Of a stretch of DNA of 64,000 nucleotides, positions 19,179 through 27,854 are shown piece after piece. The DNA lies in the NCBI GenBank assembly GCA_025453495.1, contig JALOQM010000001.1, positions 90,732 to 154,731 on the forward strand, in the 5' to 3' direction. The first letter of the stretch is position 1, and every line of letters begins with the position of its first letter. The position numbers and the translations under genes were made by a program. Source of the stretch: Minisyncoccota bacterium. GTDB taxonomy: Bacteria; Patescibacteriota; Minisyncoccia; Phycocordibacterales; UBA9973. A model generated the notes under the pieces. It did no database searches. It was not told the origin of the DNA and saw nothing but the letters and a program-made list of their open reading frames with translations.

Positions 19179-20252
19179 TTATTCTACTTCTCCTGCTTCA
19201 AGAAATCGGAATACTTTTTCGGTGGTGAGTGTCGCTGTGATATACATTCGCGCTCGCATTGGATCAGCATCCTTGTAGTGTTCAAGTAGATGCTTGAGCT
19301 CATGCTCGACATCTTTTTCATCAGGGACAATCTTTTCTGTTTCAGCTATTTTTTGCACAACAAGCTGGAGCTTGGCACGCTTTTCTGCTTCTGGTAACCA
19401 TTCCTTACGGATATCTTCTTCTGTTTTCTGCATCTGCTTGAGATAGGCATCAAAGGTAAAGCCGATGTTTTCAATATCAGTCTTTAGTCGATGAAGCATT
19501 TTGTCTACTTCAGCATGCGCAAGTATCTCTGGTACATCAATCGTAGACTTTTCGATCAATGCTTCAATGATCGCCAAGCGGCGCTTTTCTTTTGCTTGGT
19601 GTTCTTTTTCAAGACGCATGTTTTCACGAATCTTCGTTTTGAAATCTTCCACGTCATTGAAACTGCCGAGTGTTTTTACAAATGCATCATCAAGTGGTGG
19701 AAGATCTGCTTCTTTTGTTTCTCCAGATTCCTCAAGCGGTGTAGATTCTGCTTGTGTACTTGCGGCTGATTCAGATTGCTCTTTTTTTGCACGCATCTTG
19801 CGTACTTCATCGACAGTCTTTTCGATATCTGCATCCGTCACAGCGACAACTTCTTCTTGTGGTGCATTCTTGGCAATTGTTTTGTAGTCAGGGAGTATCA
19901 CTTCCGGGATGACAGCAGTGACGATCTTGAATGTGAGTGGGTTACCCTTCGCAAGTTTCGTAAGCGTGATCTCTGGGTGTCCAATCGCAGAAATGTTTTC
20001 TTTCTCAAGAATATGTCCGTATGCATCAGTAACTGCGAGTTCTGCCATCTCTTCGAGTATGCGAATTTCAGGAATGTTTTTTCTGAGAATAGTTTCAGGT
20101 ACTTTACCTTTTCGAAAACCAGAAATCTCAGCATGCTCACCAAGATGTGTGAGTGCCTTTGCTTCATACTCAGAAAATGTCTCCGCGTCGATCTCTGCTA
20201 TTATCTCAACTCTGCTCTTATCGAGCTTTTTTACTTCGCTTGTAGTATTCAT
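19179..20252 (-). CDS. tig: Trigger factor lacking the central PPIase (FKBP) domain (N-terminal ribosome-binding plus C-terminal chaperone domains only)
   Basis: GFRKGKVP ribosome-binding signature; the linker TDADIEKTVDEVRK runs directly into the C-domain start LPPLDDAFVKTLG; only 357 aa. Confidence 0.75.
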   Translation of the reverse strand: MNTTSEVKKLDKSRVEIIAEIDAETFSEYEAKALTHLGEHAEISGFRKGKVPETILRKNIPEIRILEEMAELAVTDAYGHILEKENISAIGHPEITLTKLAKGNPLTFKIVTAVIPEVILPDYKTIAKNAPQEEVVAVTDADIEKTVDEVRKMRAKKEQSESAASTQAESTPLEESGETKEADLPPLDDAFVKTLGSFNDVEDFKTKIRENMRLEKEHQAKEKRRLAIIEALIEKSTIDVPEILAHAEVDKMLHRLKTDIENIGFTFDAYLKQMQKTEEDIRKEWLPEAEKRAKLQLVVQKIAETEKIVPDEKDVEHELKHLLEHYKDADPMRARMYITATLTTEKVFRFLEAGEVE

Positions 20253-20839
20253 TAGTTTTCAAGTTTTGGCGCGTATTCTTTGTGATATCGCTCCGTACAC
20301 TCTTTAATAACTTGTATCGCTTCCGCAGGGCCATGGAAGGTTTCGACGACACCGGTACCCGGCTTTTTGAGTGCTTTGTAATTCTCCCAATAATATTTAG
20401 TTTCTTTCTCCCAGTACTCACCAAGGTCAGCATACGAGGTAATGTGATCGGAACGTTTGTCGTCGTTAAGCACCGCGATAATTTTGTCATCAACTTCACC
20501 GCCGTCAATAAATTTCATCACGCCAATAACACGAGCTTCGACAAGTGAGCCTGGCACAAGCGGCTCAGTGATATTGACGATCTCAACATCAAGCGGATCG
20601 CCGTCATAATCCCAAGTCATTGGAATCGCACCGTAGGTAAACGGATAGGCGAGTGATGAATACCCGACACGATCGAGCTTGAGCTGACCGGATTCAGTAA
20701 TGAGTTCGTATTTATTAATACTTCCGGCAGATACTTCGACAATAGTGTTGATCACTCCTTTTTCTTCATCCACAAATGGAGGAAGCGCGTGCAGAAGATT
20801 GAGCATATACTTTGACGGTTTTGCTTTGATGTTGGCCAT
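20252..20839 (-). CDS. ppa: Inorganic pyrophosphatase (family I)
   Basis: IVEVSAGSINKYE and DGDPLDV motifs. Confidence 0.9.
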   Translation of the reverse strand: MANIKAKPSKYMLNLLHALPPFVDEEKGVINTIVEVSAGSINKYELITESGQLKLDRVGYSSLAYPFTYGAIPMTWDYDGDPLDVEIVNITEPLVPGSLVEARVIGVMKFIDGGEVDDKIIAVLNDDKRSDHITSYADLGEYWEKETKYYWENYKALKKPGTGVVETFHGPAEAIQVIKECTERYHKEYAPKLEN

Positions 20840-20952
20840 ATAGTTTTTATATAGATATAGTTAATAATACAAACAAAGAGAGTGAGGCTTCTTATAGCAA
20901 GTCGAGTGCATATGACACAGATACTTACTTTTTAAATGAGGACTGCTACTAA

Positions 20953-22209
20953 CTACGAAGCTGTTTCTTCTGTTGATTCCTCGGCGGATTTTTCTTCTGT
21001 AAGTGTTTGAGGGTCAGCAGTATTCTCTAGAGCTGTCTCAGTCGCGTCAATCTCTTCTTCAGACATTTCTTCTTCATCAGCACCGATTGTCTCATCGGCT
21101 GCAATGCCTTTGATGTCAATTCTCCAGCCAGTCAATTTCGCTGCGAGACGCACATTTTGTCCGCCTTTACCAATAGCAAGCGAGAGTTGGTCATCAGCAA
21201 CATCGATTGCTGCTTTCTTTTCTTCTTCGTTAATATCAATATTGAGGACACGAGCTGGCGAGAGAGAGCTTGCGACAAATGTTGTCGGATCTTCTGACCA
21301 CGGGATAATGTCTATCTTTTCACCAGCGAGTTCATTCATGACAGTCGTAACTCGCACGCCACGCTGACCGACACATGCGCCGACAGGATCGACATTTTCA
21401 TCATGTGACATAACGGCAATCTTTGAACGTGAACCTGGTTCACGCGCGATACTTTTGATCTCGACAGTACCACTTGCGATTTCTGGTGCTTCAAGCGCAA
21501 ATAGTTTTTCGATAAATTTTGGATGGGTGCGAGAGAGACGCAAGTTGATGCCGCGTGGTGTCTCTTCGACACGATACAAGTATGCGCGAATGCGCTCACC
21601 ACGTGCATAGCGCTCACCAGGGATTTGCTCTTCATATGGAAGCACACCTGTCGCACGTGCAAAATCTATAAACACATTGCCACGCTCGATTTTTTGGATA
21701 AATCCATTTATAATCTGCCCTTCTTTGTCACCATATTCACCAAGGATAGACTCGCGCTCAGCTTCTCGAATCTTCTGGATAATAACTTGCTTTGCGGTCT
21801 GCGCAGCGATGCGACCATAGTCATCTTTTGCTTCAAGTGGAAAAACAATTTCGTCCTCAAGCTGTACATCTTTTTTTATTTTCTTGGCATCTTCAAGAAG
21901 GATATGGTGTTCGGGATTGAAACGAGAGCGCTCATCTCCTTCGATAACTGGTTCTTCTTCAGATTCTTCTTCGCCTTCCTCAGGAATACGTACAATGGAT
22001 TCATCAACAACAATTTTTACTTGGAAAAAATCAGTACCTCCGGTTTCAGTATCGAACTTTGCTCGAACAATCTGTCCTTTCTTACCGTAATCTTTTTTAT
22101 AAGCGGCTGCGAGTGCCTGCTCAATAGCTTCAAATATCTTTTCTTTCGGTATTTTGCGCTCTTCTTCAAGTTGCTCAAGCGCTGATTTCATTATTTTTAG
22201 GTCTAACAT
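20953..22209 (-). CDS. nusA: Transcription termination/antitermination factor NusA with an acidic C-terminal tail
   Basis: S1 and two KH domains (GxxG loops, VMSHDENVDPVGACVG), C-terminal E/D-rich tail; start chosen at MLDLKIMKSAL. Confidence 0.85.
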   Translation of the reverse strand: MLDLKIMKSALEQLEEERKIPKEKIFEAIEQALAAAYKKDYGKKGQIVRAKFDTETGGTDFFQVKIVVDESIVRIPEEGEEESEEEPVIEGDERSRFNPEHHILLEDAKKIKKDVQLEDEIVFPLEAKDDYGRIAAQTAKQVIIQKIREAERESILGEYGDKEGQIINGFIQKIERGNVFIDFARATGVLPYEEQIPGERYARGERIRAYLYRVEETPRGINLRLSRTHPKFIEKLFALEAPEIASGTVEIKSIAREPGSRSKIAVMSHDENVDPVGACVGQRGVRVTTVMNELAGEKIDIIPWSEDPTTFVASSLSPARVLNIDINEEEKKAAIDVADDQLSLAIGKGGQNVRLAAKLTGWRIDIKGIAADETIGADEEEMSEEEIDATETALENTADPQTLTEEKSAEESTEETAS

Positions 22210-22313
22210 ATATTCTGTTTTAGTTATTAAGTTTTTTGTAAAAAAGAAAATCCGTTTCGCGACGGACTTTACTTCCTCAATATACTGTCTCAAGAGTGAT
22301 AAGTCAAACGACC

Positions 22314-23654
22314 TTATTGCACTGCCCAGGACCCATCAACTCCAGGATTTTTCGCCCCACGAACCTCAAAGTGCAAGTGCGCACCAGTTGATCTTCCGGC
22401 ACCAAAGGTACCCGGACGACCACCGGTCGTACCGATATTTTGACCTTGTCTGACAGTATCGCCTGACTCTATAGATACCTTGGAAAGGTGTGCATAGAGC
22501 GTTTGTGTTCCGTTCGGATGTGCAATAACGATGTAATTTCCGTAACCGCCATTGTAGCCACCTGAACCACTCGCGACAACAACGGTACCACCTGCTGCTG
22601 CTCGTATTGTTGTACCGACAGAGCAACCCCAGTCAGTACCATTGTGACCATGAAGCCCTTGTGTTCTTGGACACGCAACTGGCTTTATGTAATAGCCATT
22701 TTGAGCTGGACCACCTGAACCAGGAATTACTCTTCTTGAAACAGATCCTTTTGATTTTGAGGCAGGTGGTGCTGCGGCAATAACCCCATCGGGAATAATA
22801 ATAGTATCGCCCACAATAAGCACCGCATTTGGTGCAATACCATTAAAAACAGCTATATCTCCTGCATCAGCACTGTATTTCTTGGCAAGAGAAGCCAAGG
22901 TATCACCTTTTTTAATAGTGTATTGGACACCTGTTACGGGCAAAATAACCAGGGTACGACCTTCTACGAGTGCCTGCCCTCTGGTGAGATCGTTTGCCCA
23001 AAGAATAGTATTTGTTGAGACAGAAAACATCTCAGCAATTGCCGCAACTGTGTCTCCTTTACGTACGGTATAGACACTGATTTGGTCATTTGTAGAAGTG
23101 TCAGCTACATCTGCTGCTGTGCCAAGTGGACCGCTTTCGGCAACAAGCGCTGATCCATCGACAATTTCTACAGCATCAAGTGTCTTTGCTTGAGGGTCAA
23201 TAATTGGCTTTGCTTCAAGAAGAGTGACTGTTTGTGAGTTTTCTTGATTTTCTACTGTCTCATCAGCTTGTACTGTTCCAGCTGAGAAAATACCAAATGG
23301 ATTCCAAGCATGAGTGTCTTTAGGAAGTGTCAACATGCCAAAGACTAGAAAGACGGAAAGAACCACCAAAAATACTCTGGAGTTCAAAAAAATCGATTTT
23401 TCAGTCCGGCTGCGTGAAAAAGCTTTAAAATAGCCGGATTTTGTATTGTAAGATTTGATAAGCCTAGGAAATACCGCGCAAAATAACCCCTCTTTGTTAT
23501 ACGTACTTAGAGATTTACAGGGCGACCTTTTGGAAAAGTGTCTGTAAAGAAAGTTATATTTAAGCGATTTGTTACAGTCATGCAATCGCTCCGACTCAAA
23601 AATACTCCAGAAATAAGGTGTTTTTTGATATTCGGACAGCTGTTTCAGGAACAT
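22314..23654 (-). CDS. Membrane-anchored LysM-domain M23 (LytM) peptidoglycan endopeptidase; true start probably an internal non-ATG codon just upstream of the TM helix
   Basis: Two LysM-like motifs (YTVRKGDTVAAIA, YTIKKGDTLASLAKKY); M23 motifs HGHNGTDW and HLHFEV; no ATG between the ORF-track start and the TM helix. Confidence 0.8.
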   Translation of the reverse strand: MFLKQLSEYQKTPYFWSIFESERLHDCNKSLKYNFLYRHFSKRSPCKSLSTYNKEGLFCAVFPRLIKSYNTKSGYFKAFSRSRTEKSIFLNSRVFLVVLSVFLVFGMLTLPKDTHAWNPFGIFSAGTVQADETVENQENSQTVTLLEAKPIIDPQAKTLDAVEIVDGSALVAESGPLGTAADVADTSTNDQISVYTVRKGDTVAAIAEMFSVSTNTILWANDLTRGQALVEGRTLVILPVTGVQYTIKKGDTLASLAKKYSADAGDIAVFNGIAPNAVLIVGDTIIIPDGVIAAAPPASKSKGSVSRRVIPGSGGPAQNGYYIKPVACPRTQGLHGHNGTDWGCSVGTTIRAAAGGTVVVASGSGGYNGGYGNYIVIAHPNGTQTLYAHLSKVSIESGDTVRQGQNIGTTGGRPGTFGAGRSTGAHLHFEVRGAKNPGVDGSWAVQ

Positions 23655-23729
23655 TTAAAATGCTAACGCACCCTCACTGGCAAGTCAATGCCAAAAAATG
23701 CCCAGTGGGGAAAACTATATATTTGACTT

Positions 23730-25688
23730 TTGAGACACACTAACGAAGAATTGACTCGAATGAACAAAAAAGATGAGCTCAATGTAGCGCAAAAAGAAGC
23801 AGTCCTTCACACTGAGGGGCCACTTTTGATTGTTGCCGGAGCCGGAGCTGGTAAAACAAAGACCCTTACTGCCCGAATCGCGAGCTTGATTGCCTCTGGT
23901 ACCCCGGGAGAGAGTATTTTGGCAGTCACATTTACGAATAAAGCAGCAAAAGAGATGAGAGAACGAGTAGCCGCTCTGATCAGTGCTGATCAGAGCGGCA
24001 GTATGCCATTTGTCGGTACGTTCCATTCTCTGGGTGTGCGGCTTATCCGGGACAATTCCGAGAAACTAGGTGTCACCCGGCACTTTACGATCCTCGACGA
24101 GGAAGATGCACGGTCAATCATCAAAGACTCACTTATATCCCGAGGTCTCGACCCCAAGCAATTTGAACCCCGCAAAATAAAGGCGATTATCTCCAGAAAC
24201 AAAAGCGACTTCGTTACTCGCGAGCAGTTTGCCGAAAAAACCTCCTCCTATATTGAAGAAGTGACGCATGCAGTATGGGAAGAATATGAAGCACGAAAAA
24301 AACGGGAGAACAGCCTTGATTTCGACGACCTCCTGCTTCTACCGACACTACTGCTTAAAAGTGATGCCTTTGTAAGAGAACAATATCAGCGTCTCTGGCG
24401 ACATGTTCATGTCGACGAATATCAAGACACGAACAAAGTGCAGTACACACTCGTCACACTGCTCGCTGAGAAACACAAGAATATCTGCGTGGTTGGCGAC
24501 AGCGATCAGAATATCTACAGCTGGCGCGGCGCGAACATCGAAAACATCCTACGCTTTGAACGCGACTACCCGGGGGCGAAAGTAGTGCTCCTTGAAGAAA
24601 ATTACCGTTCCACCAAAACGATCATCGAGGCGGCAAATGAAGTGATCAAAAAAAATGCAGTTCGTATCCCAAAAAATCTCTTCACCAACAACAAAGAGGG
24701 AGAAAAAATTTCACTCTTTGAAGCCTGGAACGAAGAAGATGAGGCGCGTTTTGTCGCACGCACTGCTGACCGTCTGATCCAAGAAGGGGCACAACCAAAT
24801 AACATCACAGTTCTCTATCGCGCCAATTTCCAATCACGCGTACTTGAAGAAGCATTTCTGATGGCAAATGTCCCGTATCAAGTGCTCGGAACGAAATTTT
24901 TCGACCGCAAAGAAATCAAAGATGTCATATCCTATATCAAGGCTGCACTCAACCGCGAAAGCCTTGCTGATGTGAAACGCATCATCAATACCCCAGCGCG
25001 TGGTATTGGTAAAACCACGATTGCAAAACTATTTGCTAATCAATTTGGTGAATTACCAGCTACCATGCAAAAAAAGATCAATGGATTTTATGCAGTACTT
25101 GCAGAAATAAAAGAAGCGGTAGAAACAACGAAACCCTCCGAGGCGATAAAATTCCTCATCAAAAAGACTGGTATCGAGGAAGTACTTGCAACTGGCAGTG
25201 AGGAAGACAAAGAGCGACTTGAAAATATCAAAGAATTGGTAACGCTCGCAACGCGCTATGACCCGCTTGAAGGAATGGAAGGTGTCGAAAAACTACTTGA
25301 AGACGCAGCACTTGCGAGTGAACAAGATTCGCTTGAGGAAAAAAAAGAAAAAATCGGCGTGAAGCTCATGACCGTGCATACATCAAAAGGGTTGGAATTT
25401 CCACATGTGTTTGTCGTTGGTCTTGAACAAGGACTCTTTCCGCACGACCGCATGGATACACAAAAAACAAAAGATGAAGATGAAGAAGAACGCAGGCTTT
25501 TTTATGTCGCACTTACTCGCGCCCGAGAAAAAGTATATCTCTCATGGGCAAACATGCGTACCATATTTGGTATGAAGCAAGTAAACACGCCAAGCGAATT
25601 TCTTTACGATATTCCTGAGCAACTGATTGAAAGAAAAGAACGTGAGCACGAAAATGAATTTGGAGGGAAAGTGATTTATTTAGATTAA
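23730..25688 (+). CDS. uvrD: ATP-dependent DNA helicase, UvrD/PcrA/Rep family
   Basis: AGAGKTKT Walker A, VTFTNKAAKEMRERV motif Ia, DEYQDTN motif II. Confidence 0.9.
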   Translation: MRHTNEELTRMNKKDELNVAQKEAVLHTEGPLLIVAGAGAGKTKTLTARIASLIASGTPGESILAVTFTNKAAKEMRERVAALISADQSGSMPFVGTFHSLGVRLIRDNSEKLGVTRHFTILDEEDARSIIKDSLISRGLDPKQFEPRKIKAIISRNKSDFVTREQFAEKTSSYIEEVTHAVWEEYEARKKRENSLDFDDLLLLPTLLLKSDAFVREQYQRLWRHVHVDEYQDTNKVQYTLVTLLAEKHKNICVVGDSDQNIYSWRGANIENILRFERDYPGAKVVLLEENYRSTKTIIEAANEVIKKNAVRIPKNLFTNNKEGEKISLFEAWNEEDEARFVARTADRLIQEGAQPNNITVLYRANFQSRVLEEAFLMANVPYQVLGTKFFDRKEIKDVISYIKAALNRESLADVKRIINTPARGIGKTTIAKLFANQFGELPATMQKKINGFYAVLAEIKEAVETTKPSEAIKFLIKKTGIEEVLATGSEEDKERLENIKELVTLATRYDPLEGMEGVEKLLEDAALASEQDSLEEKKEKIGVKLMTVHTSKGLEFPHVFVVGLEQGLFPHDRMDTQKTKDEDEEERRLFYVALTRAREKVYLSWANMRTIFGMKQVNTPSEFLYDIPEQLIERKEREHENEFGGKVIYLD

Positions 25689-25742
25689 CTTTACCTGACA
25701 TATCTATACTTTCATTCCAAGGTTAAACCTTGGAAATAAAAC

Positions 25743-26531
25743 ATGAAGCACATACGACCAAAAAAATCTCTTGGACAGAATTTCCTAAAGTCACACACTG
25801 CGCTCACGCAGATTATCGCTGCTGGAAAATTAAATAAAAAAGATGTCGTGCTTGAAATTGGTCCCGGCAAAGGCGCGCTCACAGAAAAATTACTCGAGCA
25901 CGCGGGTACAGTTATCGCAATAGAAAAAGATACTAATTTGTTTGTCTATCTTTCCGAGAAATTCTCTGACGAGATACAAGAAGGTACGTTCATCTTACTC
26001 AACGATGACATACTTGATTTTTCATTTTCGAACTACAAAATACGAGAGACAAAATACAAACTCATTGCCAACATACCTTACAACATTACCGGTGCAATTC
26101 TTCGAAAATTTCTCTCATTAGAGACGCAACCAGAAAAAATGGTGCTTCTTGTCCAAAAAGAAGTCGCTGAGCGTATCGTCGCTCGTGACAGGAAAGAAAG
26201 CATTCTTTCTATTTCTGTCAAAGCATATGGTACACCGAAATATATTGCCAAAGTACCAGCGCGGTATTTTTCACCGGCACCCAAAGTAGACTCAGCAATC
26301 ATCTCTATTGAAAATATTTCAAAAGCACACTTCGCAAGCATTAAAGAGGAAAGTCACTTTTTTGAACTTCTCCGCGCTGGATTCGCTCACAAACGCAAGC
26401 TTCTTACGAGCAATCTCTCACATCTTGGTATTAATACAAAAACAGTACTCATCGAGTGTAGTATTTCGACACAAGCACGAGCTGAGAATCTGACACTTAA
26501 GCATTGGATTTGCCTCTCAAAGAAGCTATAA
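25743..26531 (+). CDS. rsmA: 16S rRNA (adenine1518/1519-N6)-dimethyltransferase
   Basis: SLGQNFL and EIGPGKGALT SAM-binding motifs. Confidence 0.9.
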   Translation: MKHIRPKKSLGQNFLKSHTALTQIIAAGKLNKKDVVLEIGPGKGALTEKLLEHAGTVIAIEKDTNLFVYLSEKFSDEIQEGTFILLNDDILDFSFSNYKIRETKYKLIANIPYNITGAILRKFLSLETQPEKMVLLVQKEVAERIVARDRKESILSISVKAYGTPKYIAKVPARYFSPAPKVDSAIISIENISKAHFASIKEESHFFELLRAGFAHKRKLLTSNLSHLGINTKTVLIECSISTQARAENLTLKHWICLSKKL

Positions 26532-26538
26532 TATTTGT

Positions 26539-26901
26539 ATGAAGTATTGTATTTTCTTTTTTTCGATTACACTCTTTTCTTTCTTCTTCGCTGCACATAT
26601 CTCGTTTGCCGCACTCGGGACAATGCGCTCATTCGGCGGAAGAGTGATAAGTACGACGACACCAGGTATTACTTGCGGAGCACAATACGGCATGATGAGT
26701 ATTCAGCCTGTCGGAGTATTTCCAGCAACAGGCTATACCATCACTGCAACCACTCAGTCTGTTAATCCTGGAGGTTGGATTTTGGGACTCTACAACGCGA
26801 CACCCACAACTGGTATTTGTTATACCAACACTGCTCCACCAATCCCTGTGCCTTCATTTAACATACTTAAATTTAGCACCTCAAAACCTTCTCTTTTTTA
26901 A
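26539..26901 (+). CDS. Small secreted protein (120 aa), first gene of the T4SS-like operon
   Basis: Signal peptide MKYCIFFFSITLFSFFFAAHISFA; Gly/Thr-rich mature part with two Cys. Confidence 0.45.
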   Translation: MKYCIFFFSITLFSFFFAAHISFAALGTMRSFGGRVISTTTPGITCGAQYGMMSIQPVGVFPATGYTITATTQSVNPGGWILGLYNATPTTGICYTNTAPPIPVPSFNILKFSTSKPSLF

Positions 26902-26912
26902 TTTTTTAAATT

Positions 26913-27854
26913 ATGAAACAAAGCGTAATTGAGAGATATCGAAAATACTTACCAAGCAAGCGATTTATTAGTATCACCATCTCAGTATTTGGAGTGTTGG
27001 CACTTATTCTTCTTGGGAGAGAATTTTTTAGTGGAAGAAAAAAAATAAGCGGCGATACCGAAAATACTTCTGCTTCTAATGGCACACTGATCTCAATCAG
27101 CGAACTTGCCGAGAACGACCGCGACAAAGATGGCGTCGCAGATTGGGAGGAAGCGCTCTGGGGCACCGATCCTAACAATACTGATAGCGATGGTAATGGA
27201 ATAAGTGACAAAGTTGAGATTGATGGAAAAAAAAATACTCTTACTCTTTCTTCTGCAGAACAATCAACCGAGGCACTTGATGAAACAGAAGCTTTTTCTC
27301 GTGAATTGTTTATTTCAATTAGTGCACTAAAAGAATCAGGTAATCTCAATGAACAATCAATACGCGACCTTGCGGAAACTATCAGCCAAAACGCAGGTGA
27401 AAAAGAATTCATTACGCCAGTCTATACAAAGGACTCAATACAAACAACAAATGAGGCAAAGGTAGCTGTCACAAACTATCATTCTGCCCTGCTTACCGTT
27501 TTGAAGCGCTATGACGAGAGCGGTATTGGCACTGAGCTCTCAAGTATAGAGGCTGCGCTATCTACAGAAGACCAATCTACTATTACAGATATTGAAAATA
27601 TCGCCAAAAAATACCAATCGCTTGCAAAAGACCTTATAGGCATAACAGTACCTTCTGCGATAGTAGACACCCATCTAGAGCTTGCAAACAGTGCATCTGG
27701 TATTAGTGTCTCACTTACAAACACTGCAAAACTGTTTGACAACGCCATGCTCGGTTTGATTGGTATCTCACAATACGAGAAACAAAGCTCTGTATTTGAC
27801 ACTACATTCTCAAAACTACAAGAGTATTTTAAATCGCATGGTATACTCAAATAA
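26913..27854 (+). CDS. N-terminally membrane-anchored protein with Asp-rich calcium-binding-like repeats and a helical C-terminal region
   Basis: TM helix ISITISVFGVLALILLG; DKDGVADWEEALWGTDPNNTDSDGNGISD (thrombospondin-type-3/dockerin-like DxDxDG). Confidence 0.5.
   Translation: MKQSVIERYRKYLPSKRFISITISVFGVLALILLGREFFSGRKKISGDTENTSASNGTLISISELAENDRDKDGVADWEEALWGTDPNNTDSDGNGISDKVEIDGKKNTLTLSSAEQSTEALDETEAFSRELFISISALKESGNLNEQSIRDLAETISQNAGEKEFITPVYTKDSIQTTNEAKVAVTNYHSALLTVLKRYDESGIGTELSSIEAALSTEDQSTITDIENIAKKYQSLAKDLIGITVPSAIVDTHLELANSASGISVSLTNTAKLFDNAMLGLIGISQYEKQSSVFDTTFSKLQEYFKSHGILK

Noticed and set aside
21523-22185. 220-aa plus-strand ORF inside nusA, and similar antisense ORFs (19501-19887, 19776-20255, 19909-20307, 27509-28252, 36440-36946, 37603-38106, 62665-63297, 12731-13060, 12883-13248)
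   Set aside because: All are embedded antisense within conserved, motif-bearing genes. They have low-complexity or Phe/Ser-rich translations and no start or RBS context. They are treated as frame artefacts.
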